Notes: generated by a model not told the origin, from the letters alone. Shown: positions 1-8,338, counted from the stretch's first letter. The stretch is 20,000 nucleotides of DNA from an uncultured virus (IMG/VR IMGVR_UViG_3300042402_002237) (IMGVR_UViG_3300042402_002237), one strand, 5' to 3'. Numbers and translations: made by a program.

Positions 1-972
1 GCGATCATACGAGGCGTATGCGCGGATCATTTTATTTCGTTTCTCAACATCGTCCCACGCACCAGCGTCTTTAATTGCCTGGACACGCTGAGGGCTTAAC
101 GTGATTGTTCCAGGTCTTGCGCTGGTTGTGTTTGCTACCCGGCTAGAGGCCGTTGGGCCTGCACGACGAGTTTGCTGCCCACCTTTACTTGTGTAACGGT
201 GTGGCAAACGTGCCGATAAACGATTGTCTAACTCTTCCCAATACTCAGGATCGCTTGGATCCCAACCATCTGTTGCGAGTTCTTGATCAATTACCTTGGC
301 GATTCTACTATCTGTGTCTCGAGCCTGTGGGTCAAACCAAGAGTTTTTGTTTAACCAACGTGTCGCATTTCGCTGAACTTCCTCAGCCATGGGTGTTGGT
401 ACATTTTGCTTGGGTGCTTGAGCCGTGTCGAGCTGTTGTTTCTTGTAGTATTGAGCCTGTTGAAGTCTTTGCTTTGCTTCTGTTAGCTGCTCTAAATACT
501 CTACCTGTCCTGCTGCGTCACCTGACTGCGCGGCCTGCAACATTTTCATTTTGGCGTATTCTACACGAGTCGCCTCGTCTTCAATCGCCTTATCAATCTG
601 TGCAAACTGGTAGGAGGCTGTGGTGCTCTCTACCTTAGCTAAACGCTCTGCCAATTCTGCATTACGTCGTTCAAGTGCGGTAATTTTATTGCGGGCCGTT
701 GCTTCGCGCTGTTTGGTTAATTCTTTCTTTAACCTGCGCTCTTCTCTACGTGCCTCGCGAATCTTTTCGCGGTCTTCATCCGTCTCCTCAGGATCAGAAT
801 CCACCTCGCCACCTTCGGAGGCTTCTACGGGATCATCTTCGTCCTGGTCGCTGTCTTCAACAGCGTCTTGTTTTTCTTCATCTGGAAAGTGATCAACATG
901 CTCTTCCAGTTTGGCTAAAACCGTGCCATCATTTTGTTCCTTAATTGGAATATCTTTTTCATTATCTGCCAT
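1..972 (-). CDS. Putative head scaffolding protein (3' end runs off the window)
   Basis: Not in the ORF track. ATG at 972 (MADNEKDIPIKEQNDG...) stays open to base 1. Very acidic N-terminus, then long coiled-coil segments (REARREERRLKKEL...), downstream of portal and GroES, as expected for a scaffold gene. Function is inferred. Confidence 0.6.
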   Translation of the reverse strand, partial: MADNEKDIPIKEQNDGTVLAKLEEHVDHFPDEEKQDAVEDSDQDEDDPVEASEGGEVDSDPEETDEDREKIREARREERRLKKELTKQREATARNKITALERRNAELAERLAKVESTTASYQFAQIDKAIEDEATRVEYAKMKMLQAAQSGDAAGQVEYLEQLTEAKQRLQQAQYYKKQQLDTAQAPKQNVPTPMAEEVQRNATRWLNKNSWFDPQARDTDSRIAKVIDQELATDGWDPSDPEYWEELDNRLSARLPHRYTSKGGQQTRRAGPTASSRVANTTSARPGTITLSPQRVQAIKDAGAWDDVEKRNKMIRAYASYDR

Positions 973-987
973 AATTTTCTTTCAAAA

Positions 988-1428
988 TTAGTCTACAAAC
1001 GCTTTCATCTTCTGCGCATGGTCAAATGACTTAATGCGAGAGATAATTTCACGTGCCTGGATGGTAATAAACACCACGGGGGATCCATCATCATCTGGGC
1101 TTACAACAAAACGGTCACCGCCGTACTTGATGGTTCTAACCAAATCACCTTCTTTGCACCAAGGGCCTTCAATCCAAGGCTCTAGGGTATCTGGCGACTT
1201 ATATGCTAGCGGGCCAATCTGGCGTACTTTAGCTACGGTCTCATTGAAACGTAACGTCTGTCGGGTCTCGTCAACTAAAATGATTCCACCCTTGCTTTTG
1301 TCCTTCTCCCGTCTTAACTGCACTAAAACACGGTCTCCGGCCACTTCAATACCTGGATCGATGTCTGGAAAGCACTCGGCTTCCGAACGAAGATCTGGGT
1401 CTTCCTTTTGTGATATATCAAATGCCAT
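988..1428 (-). CDS. groES: Phage co-chaperonin GroES (Cpn10 family)
   Basis: Cpn10 motifs GDRVLVQ...KSKGGIIL (mobile loop), V..IGP, K.GD.V...KYGG. Confidence 0.88.
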   Translation of the reverse strand: MAFDISQKEDPDLRSEAECFPDIDPGIEVAGDRVLVQLRREKDKSKGGIILVDETRQTLRFNETVAKVRQIGPLAYKSPDTLEPWIEGPWCKEGDLVRTIKYGGDRFVVSPDDDGSPVVFITIQAREIISRIKSFDHAQKMKAFVD

Positions 1429-1449
1429 CCGGCAGTCCTTTCTTGAATC

Positions 1450-1644
1450 TTACGATTCGTCTTCTTCGTCTTCCGTTAAAATCTCGTTAATAATATCCAA
1501 CGTAATCTTAAATCCCTCGTGTCGGCCAACCAATCTCTGGTAGTCCTCAAACGAATTTACGTTAGTTCCCGCGGTAACGGATTCCGCTAGTGATTTTTGC
1601 TCAGCCTTTACACGACCGATAATTTCAGATAAAAAGTCCTTCAT
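1450..1644 (-). CDS. Small hypothetical protein in head module
   Basis: 64-aa ORF co-oriented with neighbours; promoter motif directly upstream. Confidence 0.75.
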   Translation of the reverse strand: MKDFLSEIIGRVKAEQKSLAESVTAGTNVNSFEDYQRLVGRHEGFKITLDIINEILTEDEEDES

Positions 1645-1650
1645 AATCTC

Positions 1651-1682
1651 ACTAATGCAAGTATATGAAGGAATCCGCCCTA
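1651..1682 (-). promoter_or_regulatory. Putative phage-sigma promoter TAGGGCGGAT-N13-TGCATTAGT (copy 1)
   Basis: Both boxes and the spacing are identical to the copy at 5232-5263; intergenic, oriented toward the ATG at 1644. Confidence 0.75.
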
Positions 1683-1685
1683 AAA

Positions 1686-1904
1686 TTAATAAAAATTGCC
1701 GCCTTTAAGTTCGTTAAGATTTTTGCCTGGGCCGACTGGCTTAGCGTTTTTTAAGTTACCTTGCTTGGCGCCAATTTTCCAGTTATTATCCCGGTGGCTG
1801 CCAGATGGGCCAGCGTCTAGGGTTTTATCTTCTGGGCCGCCGCCGCTAGATAGTTTACCAGTCTCTTGGTATGTTTGACGAAAGCCTTTTAAATTTTCGG
1901 CCAT
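1686..1904 (-). CDS. Small Gly/Lys-rich hypothetical protein
   Basis: 72-aa ORF starting right after the portal stop, AGGAG RBS upstream. Confidence 0.75.
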   Translation of the reverse strand: MAENLKGFRQTYQETGKLSSGGGPEDKTLDAGPSGSHRDNNWKIGAKQGNLKNAKPVGPGKNLNELKGGNFY

Positions 1905-1905
1905 G

Positions 1906-4653
1906 TTATGCTCCTGTGGTGGGTTTTGGTTGTAGTGCTGCCTGTACTGCCTGTTTAGCCATTTCGGCGTCAGTTAAAAACTGCTGTTTTTCAATCTCGA
2001 TACCATGCTGACGGATATCTTTCTCTGCCTCGTTTACTGCCTGGATACCAAGCATTGCCTGCTCTTGGGCGAGCGCCATCTCTTGGTTTGTTAGTTGCAA
2101 CTGCGCCTGCATAGCAGCCACCCGCTCGCGCGAGGAGTTGTTCATGCTGTTAATTGCGATGTTGGTGGAGTTCTTCTGGTTATCCAGCTCGGTTTGTACC
2201 TCGTATTTGCTCTGGAGTTCCAGTACTTTGCGCTGCAATTCGGCGATCTTAAGCTCGTAATCTTGCTGGGCCTTTGACTGCTCCATCTGCATTTTAAGCT
2301 GTGACTCTTGCTGTTTGCGCTGGGTCTCTGCCATCTGGGTCTTGAGAATAACCTGAGCCGTTGGGTCCTGGGCCGCAACTTTTTCCATCTGGGCCTGTTG
2401 TGCCTGCTGAACTTTAGCCGCCAGCTCTTGTATCTGGCCAATGTATGGCTGTAATGTTGTCTGCGCGTCTTGTCCAACCATCTGCGAAGCTAACGCCAAC
2501 GCCTGTTGAGATTCTAAATCTAATGGCTTCTCTTGGTTTAACTCTAACGTGTCCCGGCCACCTTGAGCCTGTGCAACGTATGCCCTCATCGATTGCAGGT
2601 AGTGCAGCGTTAAGTGTTGTTTAATGTGTTCTAACGCCAACGGTGCGTATGACGGCCCAATTACAGGGTTGCCGCCGTAGGCTGGGTTCGCAGCGTATTC
2701 TAAGTGAATCTTAATGTGGCTGATGTGATCTTGGTCGGGGTATGCCGCCGCTGGTCTGCCCATTGTCATCGAAACGTTTTCCAACGCTGGGTTTGACTCT
2801 TTCGCGCCCAATGGGTTTGGTAATATCTCGTCAATGTTAGGCACCTTGAGCTGGTGTAATACCCTGCGATACGCTGCCCGAATGTCAAACATTCCAGGTG
2901 GCGCTGATGTTGCCATCTGCAAGATAGCCTGGTTCTGAGCTAGACGTTGCGTCTCGGAGAAAATGTTGGGGTCAGATACTGGACGTACGTCGCTGTTGTA
3001 TGCAAAGTCACGTACACGAATTTCTTCGCCGGACTGGTTGTCCATCTCTTCCAAGTACCAGTGATTGATACGGGAGATAATTGCCAGCGATTTAGCTTGG
3101 CTGCGGTGTAGTCGTGCGTGAATGCTGGAGAATACCTTAGCGCCCTGCTCGATGAGAGCCTGGGCCGTACCAACCGGCATGTTGTTGTTTGCCTCACCAA
3201 TTTTTTCTTCTGCGGTGGTGACAACGCCTTTAGCCGCATCAGTTAACCAGCCAAGTAAGTTAAACAGTACGCTGGACGGTTGATTAAACGGCATTGGCAT
3301 CGCAATCTTGCGAACATCGTCAACGCCAGGTGCTCCTTCAATTTCTACTACTTGCGTAGGTTCGATTCGATCGCTTTGGCCACCAATTCGTCCACCCTTG
3401 AGCTTAAGTAGCGTTTGGGAATTATTAATATGCGCCGCGTCAAGGAGAGCGCGTAGAGCACCAGTGAGAGCAGCGCTAAGGCCGCCAATAAGATGGGGGA
3501 GACCAATAGCATAAGCGCCACGCCAAGGGATAAATTTAAACTCGACATACCAGTCCAGTTTTTCAAACTTCTCATCATTTGCTTCCCAGTTACGATACAG
3601 ACCCAAGACTTTACTTGTGGTCTCATCAATCATTAAAATGTAAGGGGCGCGTTGTCCCTTAGTTTTGTCGTCTTCATCCAAACGCATGAAGCAGGTAATC
3701 TCATAAACACGACGTAATCCGTCAATGTTTTTAGAAGGCATGTCTTTGCCTTCGATCTTGTTGTTTGCCTTTTCAGATTGCGTCTGATCGTTTAGCGGAG
3801 CATCGGAGGTGTACTCACTGTCGATGTCAATGTAGATACCGGCTTCAACGCGCTGCAAAAATGTGTCTTCGGTAATGTCTTGTACTTCGGTTACACGTTG
3901 CGCTGTGTAGAAGTTAGTCGACGCGTATGGTAACAAGATGTTATCAATCGCTACCCACTCGCAGATTGGTCGCTTTTGTTCTTCATCCCAGCGCCACTTA
4001 AGGAACTGTGATCCACCTAGTGGCAACTGAGTGAGCAACTGCTCCATCTCGTCGCGATACTCTGGCACCTGCTCGGTTAGCTGCCAGTTAAGGAAGTTAA
4101 CCTTACGATCTGCTGTCTCTTCTTTTATTCGGTCTGCTTCGCCCTTGATGTTGGACTTAACTAAACCATCGGGTGGAAGTAATTCCTTAGCCGTTGACGC
4201 AGCAAAGTCAACGCAGGCCTCTGCCATAACTGGGTGCACCACCTTGGAAGCACCGTCAAACGTCGCCCCTCCCGGTGCATCTTTTCCAAGCCCAGTTCTA
4301 CGCAATCCTTCTTCATACTGTTTATCTCGTTGTGTGCGCGACTCTTTGTCGGCGTCAATTAAATCCAAGTACTCCGTTGCGAGGGCCTGTAATGTTCCCT
4401 CATCAAACGACTCTGCCAGGTTCTCGTAGAACTCTGGATTCTTACGTGGACTTTGTTTTTCTTGGTAGTTGACAACAACCGATCCGTCTTCTAGTTCAAC
4501 TATTTCTTCTTCAACGTCGCCCGGTTCTAATCCCAGCGCGTCTTCGTAATAGTCCATCTCGGCATCTTGCGCCATGGCCTCTTGAATGTTTTCTTCGGTT
4601 TCAAGGCCCGGCAAATTTGCACCAGACTGAATAGGTAGTATTGGATTTGCCAT
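1906..4653 (-). CDS. Portal protein with long C-terminal coiled-coil extension
   Basis: 915 aa, two genes downstream of TerL; portal-like segments (VHPVMAEACVDF, LPLGGSQFLK, YAIGLPHLIG, GTAQALIEQG) and a Gln/Ala-rich helical tail resembling a P22-type barrel. Confidence 0.82.
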   Translation of the reverse strand: MANPILPIQSGANLPGLETEENIQEAMAQDAEMDYYEDALGLEPGDVEEEIVELEDGSVVVNYQEKQSPRKNPEFYENLAESFDEGTLQALATEYLDLIDADKESRTQRDKQYEEGLRRTGLGKDAPGGATFDGASKVVHPVMAEACVDFAASTAKELLPPDGLVKSNIKGEADRIKEETADRKVNFLNWQLTEQVPEYRDEMEQLLTQLPLGGSQFLKWRWDEEQKRPICEWVAIDNILLPYASTNFYTAQRVTEVQDITEDTFLQRVEAGIYIDIDSEYTSDAPLNDQTQSEKANNKIEGKDMPSKNIDGLRRVYEITCFMRLDEDDKTKGQRAPYILMIDETTSKVLGLYRNWEANDEKFEKLDWYVEFKFIPWRGAYAIGLPHLIGGLSAALTGALRALLDAAHINNSQTLLKLKGGRIGGQSDRIEPTQVVEIEGAPGVDDVRKIAMPMPFNQPSSVLFNLLGWLTDAAKGVVTTAEEKIGEANNNMPVGTAQALIEQGAKVFSSIHARLHRSQAKSLAIISRINHWYLEEMDNQSGEEIRVRDFAYNSDVRPVSDPNIFSETQRLAQNQAILQMATSAPPGMFDIRAAYRRVLHQLKVPNIDEILPNPLGAKESNPALENVSMTMGRPAAAYPDQDHISHIKIHLEYAANPAYGGNPVIGPSYAPLALEHIKQHLTLHYLQSMRAYVAQAQGGRDTLELNQEKPLDLESQQALALASQMVGQDAQTTLQPYIGQIQELAAKVQQAQQAQMEKVAAQDPTAQVILKTQMAETQRKQQESQLKMQMEQSKAQQDYELKIAELQRKVLELQSKYEVQTELDNQKNSTNIAINSMNNSSRERVAAMQAQLQLTNQEMALAQEQAMLGIQAVNEAEKDIRQHGIEIEKQQFLTDAEMAKQAVQAALQPKPTTGA

Positions 4654-5204
4654 TATTTTTTAATCTTTTTTGAAATTGCGCTAGCCGCTTTTTTAATTGG
4701 CTTTGCAAACGGGAGAACACTTAATCCAGCGATTCCACCAGTCAAAGCGGCACCGCCAGTTTCTCCTTGCTCTAATTGTCGTTTCATTTCTGGTCCTGCA
4801 TCAACAATAGATGTCGCCATTGAAAGTGGGTTTAAAAATTGAAGTGGTAAATATTCTGATTGCTGACCTTCAAAGCCAGTTCCAAATAATCTGTCGGCTG
4901 GTCTTTCGCCAATCAAGCTGGCTATTTTGTCACGCATCCAGGTTGTAGCTGTTTGGGGTTGTGCTTGAAACGTTGGCTCAACTTCTGGCCGCTGTGAGGC
5001 CATTTGGTAGTCGTATGCCTGCATTAGTGCCCTTAACATTTCAGGGCTCATTTGATTTGTGCTGCCGCCGTCCGCAAAAAACTTGGGCTGTATGCCAGAC
5101 TCTTCCATCAACAACTGTTGCGGAGTCTTTAACATGCCGGGGGAGGCGGGCGTCATGCCAGCCTCTTCCATTAACATTTGTTGTGGGGTCTTTAGAAAGT
5201 TCAT
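4653..5204 (-). CDS. Hypothetical, probably virion-associated protein (likely start MNFLKTPQQ at 5204)
   Basis: The track start at 5243 lies inside the promoter motif, so ATG 5204 is preferred. Tandem LKTPQQxLMEExG motif followed by FADGG. Confidence 0.65.
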   Translation of the reverse strand: MNFLKTPQQMLMEEAGMTPASPGMLKTPQQLLMEESGIQPKFFADGGSTNQMSPEMLRALMQAYDYQMASQRPEVEPTFQAQPQTATTWMRDKIASLIGERPADRLFGTGFEGQQSEYLPLQFLNPLSMATSIVDAGPEMKRQLEQGETGGAALTGGIAGLSVLPFAKPIKKAASAISKKIKK

Positions 5205-5231
5205 TTTGAGCGGGTGGTTATTCCTATTTAT

Positions 5232-5263
5232 ACTAATGCACAAATCCAGGGGTATCCGCCCTA
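5232..5263 (-). promoter_or_regulatory. Putative phage-sigma promoter TAGGGCGGAT-N13-TGCATTAGT (copy 2)
   Basis: Exact match to both boxes of copy 1; overlaps the TerL stop codon and faces the 5204 gene and portal. Confidence 0.75.
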
Positions 5264-6706
5264 CTGGGCGTAGGGGTTGGCAAATCGCTTGCTTAGGTCG
5301 TCGTCCACGTAACTATAGTCTCGAGCCGGTAGCGGGTCGAGCTGGATCCATCCAGAATCACGTAGAACGCGCAACGCTTGCGAGAGGGAGTCGACGTAGT
5401 CGTCGTGTCCACCAGCCTCTGGAAATGAACATACTTGACGCAGAAAACGTTTTGCCCAGTCTGCATATTCTCCTTTGCGTTGGGGTTCCTCTGGTATCCA
5501 GACTTTGCCCTTAGACACCAGCGGCGCGACAATGTTTAACCGTTGTACCTTATCGGCGCGTCCCGGGTTGTATCCCCTGACAGGCACACCAGCTCCCTGG
5601 AGCTCCTGGATCAGCGAAATACCCGCCGACTTATCTTCCATGAGGATCAGGTCCGCCTTTCGGCCCTTACCAAAGTCATTATCGGCGCCGTAAACGACCT
5701 CCTTAAAGTCGTTGATTACCTTCCTGCGTAACTCGGGGTAGGACAGGTGCTCGTCCCAAGCGTCCAGTAATATGATCGCTGTACCAGCGTCTTGTTGTTC
5801 AAACACGCCCCAGATGGTGCAGGCGGTTGGGTCGTTCATTGTTTTCTCAGAAGTCGCCGGGTCATACGACGCGATGACATACTCCAGTGTCGGAGTTGGC
5901 TTGTTGGCTGGCCAGAGCTTAAACTGTTTGCGTTTGATGATACCTGACTGTTCTGGGTCAAGGATCTCGCCATAGATCTCTTGTCTTCCAATGTCAGTTC
6001 CGTCATACGTTTCAAGCTGTTTGAAAAAAGTCTCTGAAAGGTTTGCTCGGTTGTCGTAGGACGACGCGTTTGATACGTATACATCCCCACCTACTTTCCC
6101 CTCGTTTAAATCTACAATTAATTCTTTTGGCTTGGGTGTGGTGGTAATAATCTGCTGCACTCGAGGGATGCGTGGGTCCCGTAGACGGAGGGTAAACTGT
6201 ACTCCATCGTAGGCATCGTCGATGTAATCAAATGCACACAGCTCGTCAAACCACGCCCCGTGATATTGTTTACCTCGGTAGCGCTCAGGCTCGGAGGCCG
6301 GGATCCCCTGTATAAGAGATCCATTTGTAAGGGTGATTTCAAACAGGGACTTGTTGTAGTCTCGAATGAGTGACGGGGGAATGATATTGAGAAGTCCAGA
6401 GTCCCCCTCGAAACAAGTTGCACGTATATCGTTTGAGGTGGGAGCGGTGACGAGCCAGCGGGTGTTGTCATACATCCAAGCCCGAATACCAATCCAGTGG
6501 CTAGCAGTGTGCGTTTTACCCGATCCACGACCGGCAAGCATAAGAAACGTGTCATATTCGCCATCCTCTGGCTCCCGTTGGTGTGGTAGCGCCTGTAGGT
6601 GCCACTTGACCTGCCAGATGGCAGCCTCAAGCTGTTCCTTAGGCCAGTGCTTGTTGCTATCTGCGAACTTTTTTAATACAAGCTCTTGTTTTGATGTTAA
6701 CGACAT
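5261..6706 (-). CDS. terL: Terminase large subunit
   Basis: Walker A AGRGSGKT, Walker B AWFDE, TTTP coupling motif, RNase H-like nuclease residues (YDPA, NDPTA, HDDYVDS). Confidence 0.95.
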   Translation of the reverse strand: MSLTSKQELVLKKFADSNKHWPKEQLEAAIWQVKWHLQALPHQREPEDGEYDTFLMLAGRGSGKTHTASHWIGIRAWMYDNTRWLVTAPTSNDIRATCFEGDSGLLNIIPPSLIRDYNKSLFEITLTNGSLIQGIPASEPERYRGKQYHGAWFDELCAFDYIDDAYDGVQFTLRLRDPRIPRVQQIITTTPKPKELIVDLNEGKVGGDVYVSNASSYDNRANLSETFFKQLETYDGTDIGRQEIYGEILDPEQSGIIKRKQFKLWPANKPTPTLEYVIASYDPATSEKTMNDPTACTIWGVFEQQDAGTAIILLDAWDEHLSYPELRRKVINDFKEVVYGADNDFGKGRKADLILMEDKSAGISLIQELQGAGVPVRGYNPGRADKVQRLNIVAPLVSKGKVWIPEEPQRKGEYADWAKRFLRQVCSFPEAGGHDDYVDSLSQALRVLRDSGWIQLDPLPARDYSYVDDDLSKRFANPYAQ

Positions 6707-7689
6707 GAAATAAAACCCTCTCCTACGAGATAGCTGTTATCTGGCCCGTCTGTTTCGATGTGAACACAGGTCTGCGGCTGGATCTTTGTAATTTTTTCGA
6801 TGTACCTACGCGCCTGGTGTACTTTTATCGGTTTAGATACCTGATTAGGTACCAGTTTTAACCTGGTTTTAAAAAATAGCGAGTAAATTTTCTTTTGTTC
6901 TGTAAAACTGAGCCGGGTCTTGCCACCCAGGGACTCAACTAGGCCCTGAACTGCCAGCGCCGTGCCATAATGTGTGGTCGAGAACCTAAACTGGTCTCTG
7001 TTTGTCGAATATTGCTGGGCCTTTGCAAACAAAATGCCACGTAGCAGCTCAATTCGCTGGTCTTTGTCCGCCAGCAGGTAGTTTGCCGGTAATTTTGTCG
7101 GAATATCTGGGGCCAACTGTGACTCTATGGTCGGCGATATGGTAAATTGGCGCCAGCCATTTTTCAAAGTCTTGCGAATCTTGACCTTGTACCCAAAATC
7201 TTTGAGTTGCTGCTCAACTTCTTCGGTTGTATCGGGGTTTGTTGTAAAATATCCGCTGGGTTTGCGGTTTATAAACCAGAACCCAAACACAAACGGCGGG
7301 ACTGGTAGGGTCTGGTGGGGTAGCTCGATGGGTTTTGTGGTAGGGATCGAATAGATCCGGTGGTTGTCTTCCCGCTTATGTCCCCGCTCTAACAAATTTT
7401 CCACGTTTATGGGCCGTAGTGGCCGCCTAAATGGGTGGTAGCCTTTGTACGTCATGGCACGCAGCCGGTACTTAAAGTTTTCCACCAAAAATTCCAGGCG
7501 TTTGTCCCCAGAAATTGTAAGGTAATCGTTTAACGTAACCTCGTAGCAGTCCTCTGAGAAGTATTCCTGGACCAGCTTTACCTTTACGGGTTTGCCGTTT
7601 TGGTCAAACAGGTAGTCACCCGGCTGGATTTTGTTTGCCGGTTTCCAGTAGTCCAAGGTCAGGACTTTTTGATTTGCTAGTATTGCCAT
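6697..7689 (-). CDS. Free-standing degenerate intein-like protein (Hint + LAGLIDADG-like)
   Basis: Hint N-terminal pattern (AILANQKVLT...KIQPGDYLFDQNGKPVKV), C-terminal block CVHIETDGPDNSYLVGEGFI, LAGLIDADG-like helices PPFVFGFWF and QRIELLRGILF. No exteins and no terminal His-Asn. Confidence 0.8.
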   Translation of the reverse strand: MAILANQKVLTLDYWKPANKIQPGDYLFDQNGKPVKVKLVQEYFSEDCYEVTLNDYLTISGDKRLEFLVENFKYRLRAMTYKGYHPFRRPLRPINVENLLERGHKREDNHRIYSIPTTKPIELPHQTLPVPPFVFGFWFINRKPSGYFTTNPDTTEEVEQQLKDFGYKVKIRKTLKNGWRQFTISPTIESQLAPDIPTKLPANYLLADKDQRIELLRGILFAKAQQYSTNRDQFRFSTTHYGTALAVQGLVESLGGKTRLSFTEQKKIYSLFFKTRLKLVPNQVSKPIKVHQARRYIEKITKIQPQTCVHIETDGPDNSYLVGEGFISCR

Positions 7690-7957
7690 AAAAATTATCT
7701 AGGACCCACAGGTCCAGCCAACGCCCTAACGGCGCCCTAATTTTGTTTTGGATCTCCACGGGCAGTCGGTTAATATCCATGTGCTCGCAGACCTTTAAAC
7801 GAAACTCGATGTACTTAGCCGTCTCTTTGTCCAATATTTCAACTGGCGCGTCGGCAGAGTCAAAGTGATACAGGTTACAGACCAGGACACGGAACCCCCT
7901 AAGTCTTCCATTAGAATCTTCTAGGGCACCCTGGATCTGGTAAACATATTCGTTCAT
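7616..7957 (-). CDS. Hypothetical protein, first gene of the leftward operon
   Basis: 113-aa ORF, ATG 6 nt after the TGCATTAGT box; overlaps the next gene by 74 nt. Confidence 0.65.
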   Translation of the reverse strand: MNEYVYQIQGALEDSNGRLRGFRVLVCNLYHFDSADAPVEILDKETAKYIEFRLKVCEHMDINRLPVEIQNKIRAPLGRWLDLWVLDNFYGNTSKSKSPDLGLLETGKQNPAG

Positions 7958-7963
7958 ACATCT

Positions 7964-7995
7964 ACTAATGCAAACATTTGATTATTATGGCCCCA
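7964..7995 (-). promoter_or_regulatory. Putative phage-sigma promoter (copy 3, TGGGGCCATA-N13-TGCATTAGT)
   Basis: Exact TGCATTAGT box; upstream box keeps T-GGGC in the same register. Confidence 0.65.
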
Positions 7996-8004
7996 CCTCA
8001 ATGC

Positions 8005-8021
8005 GATAGTTTTTAACTATC
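8005..8021. promoter_or_regulatory. OxyR/LysR-type palindrome GATAGTT-N3-AACTATC
   Basis: Contains ATAG-N7-CTAT, matching the OxyR unit ATAGntnnnanCTAT. Confidence 0.5.
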
Positions 8022-8039
8022 AATTTTGCTCGCAGAAGC

Positions 8040-8196
8040 GCGGCACTTGCGGCACTTGCGGGGGTATATTCCAGGTTTCCCTCTATCTTTATTTTTTATT
8101 TTTTAAAAATAATAAAAATAGTAAAGTAACCCCCGCAACCCCCGCATCCCCGTCAAACATCAAGGACTTAGCGCATTTCATTTCACATTGTGAAAT
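8040..8196. repeat. Origin-like element copy A: inverted GC-rich iterons around a 63-bp AT-rich core, plus IHF-like site and 15-bp palindrome
   Basis: GCGGCACTT x2 + GCGGGGGT (8040-8065), AT core 8066-8128, ACCCCCGCAACCCCCGC (8129-8145), CATCAAGGACTTA (8158-8170), TTTCACATTGTGAAA (8181-8195). Homologous to 15299-15495. Confidence 0.8.
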
Positions 8197-8338
8197 TTAC
8201 TATACAAATTTTACAAAAAAAATTTTAGAAAGTCGACTTTTGTGGGTAATGGAACGAGCTTGGGGTCTGTGGGGCCCCCAGCCGGCCGCCCCGCCACGGG
8301 ACCCAAATTGGCATACCGCATTATGAAAAAGCCCCCCG

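Noticed and set aside
5020..5028. TGCATTAGT on the plus strand inside a minus-strand gene
   Set aside because: Intragenic, antisense and without the upstream box at 13-bp spacing; probably chance, though an antisense promoter is not excluded.
153..6713. Plus-strand ORFs over the structural module (e.g. 153-638, 1034-1543, 4031-4429, 5059-5514) and off-frame minus ORFs
   Set aside because: Antisense or alternate-frame shadows of well-supported genes, with no recognisable motifs.
6697..7689. Active intein inserted in TerL
   Set aside because: Different frame from TerL, own stop codon, no N-extein and no terminal Asn; TerL is complete without it.
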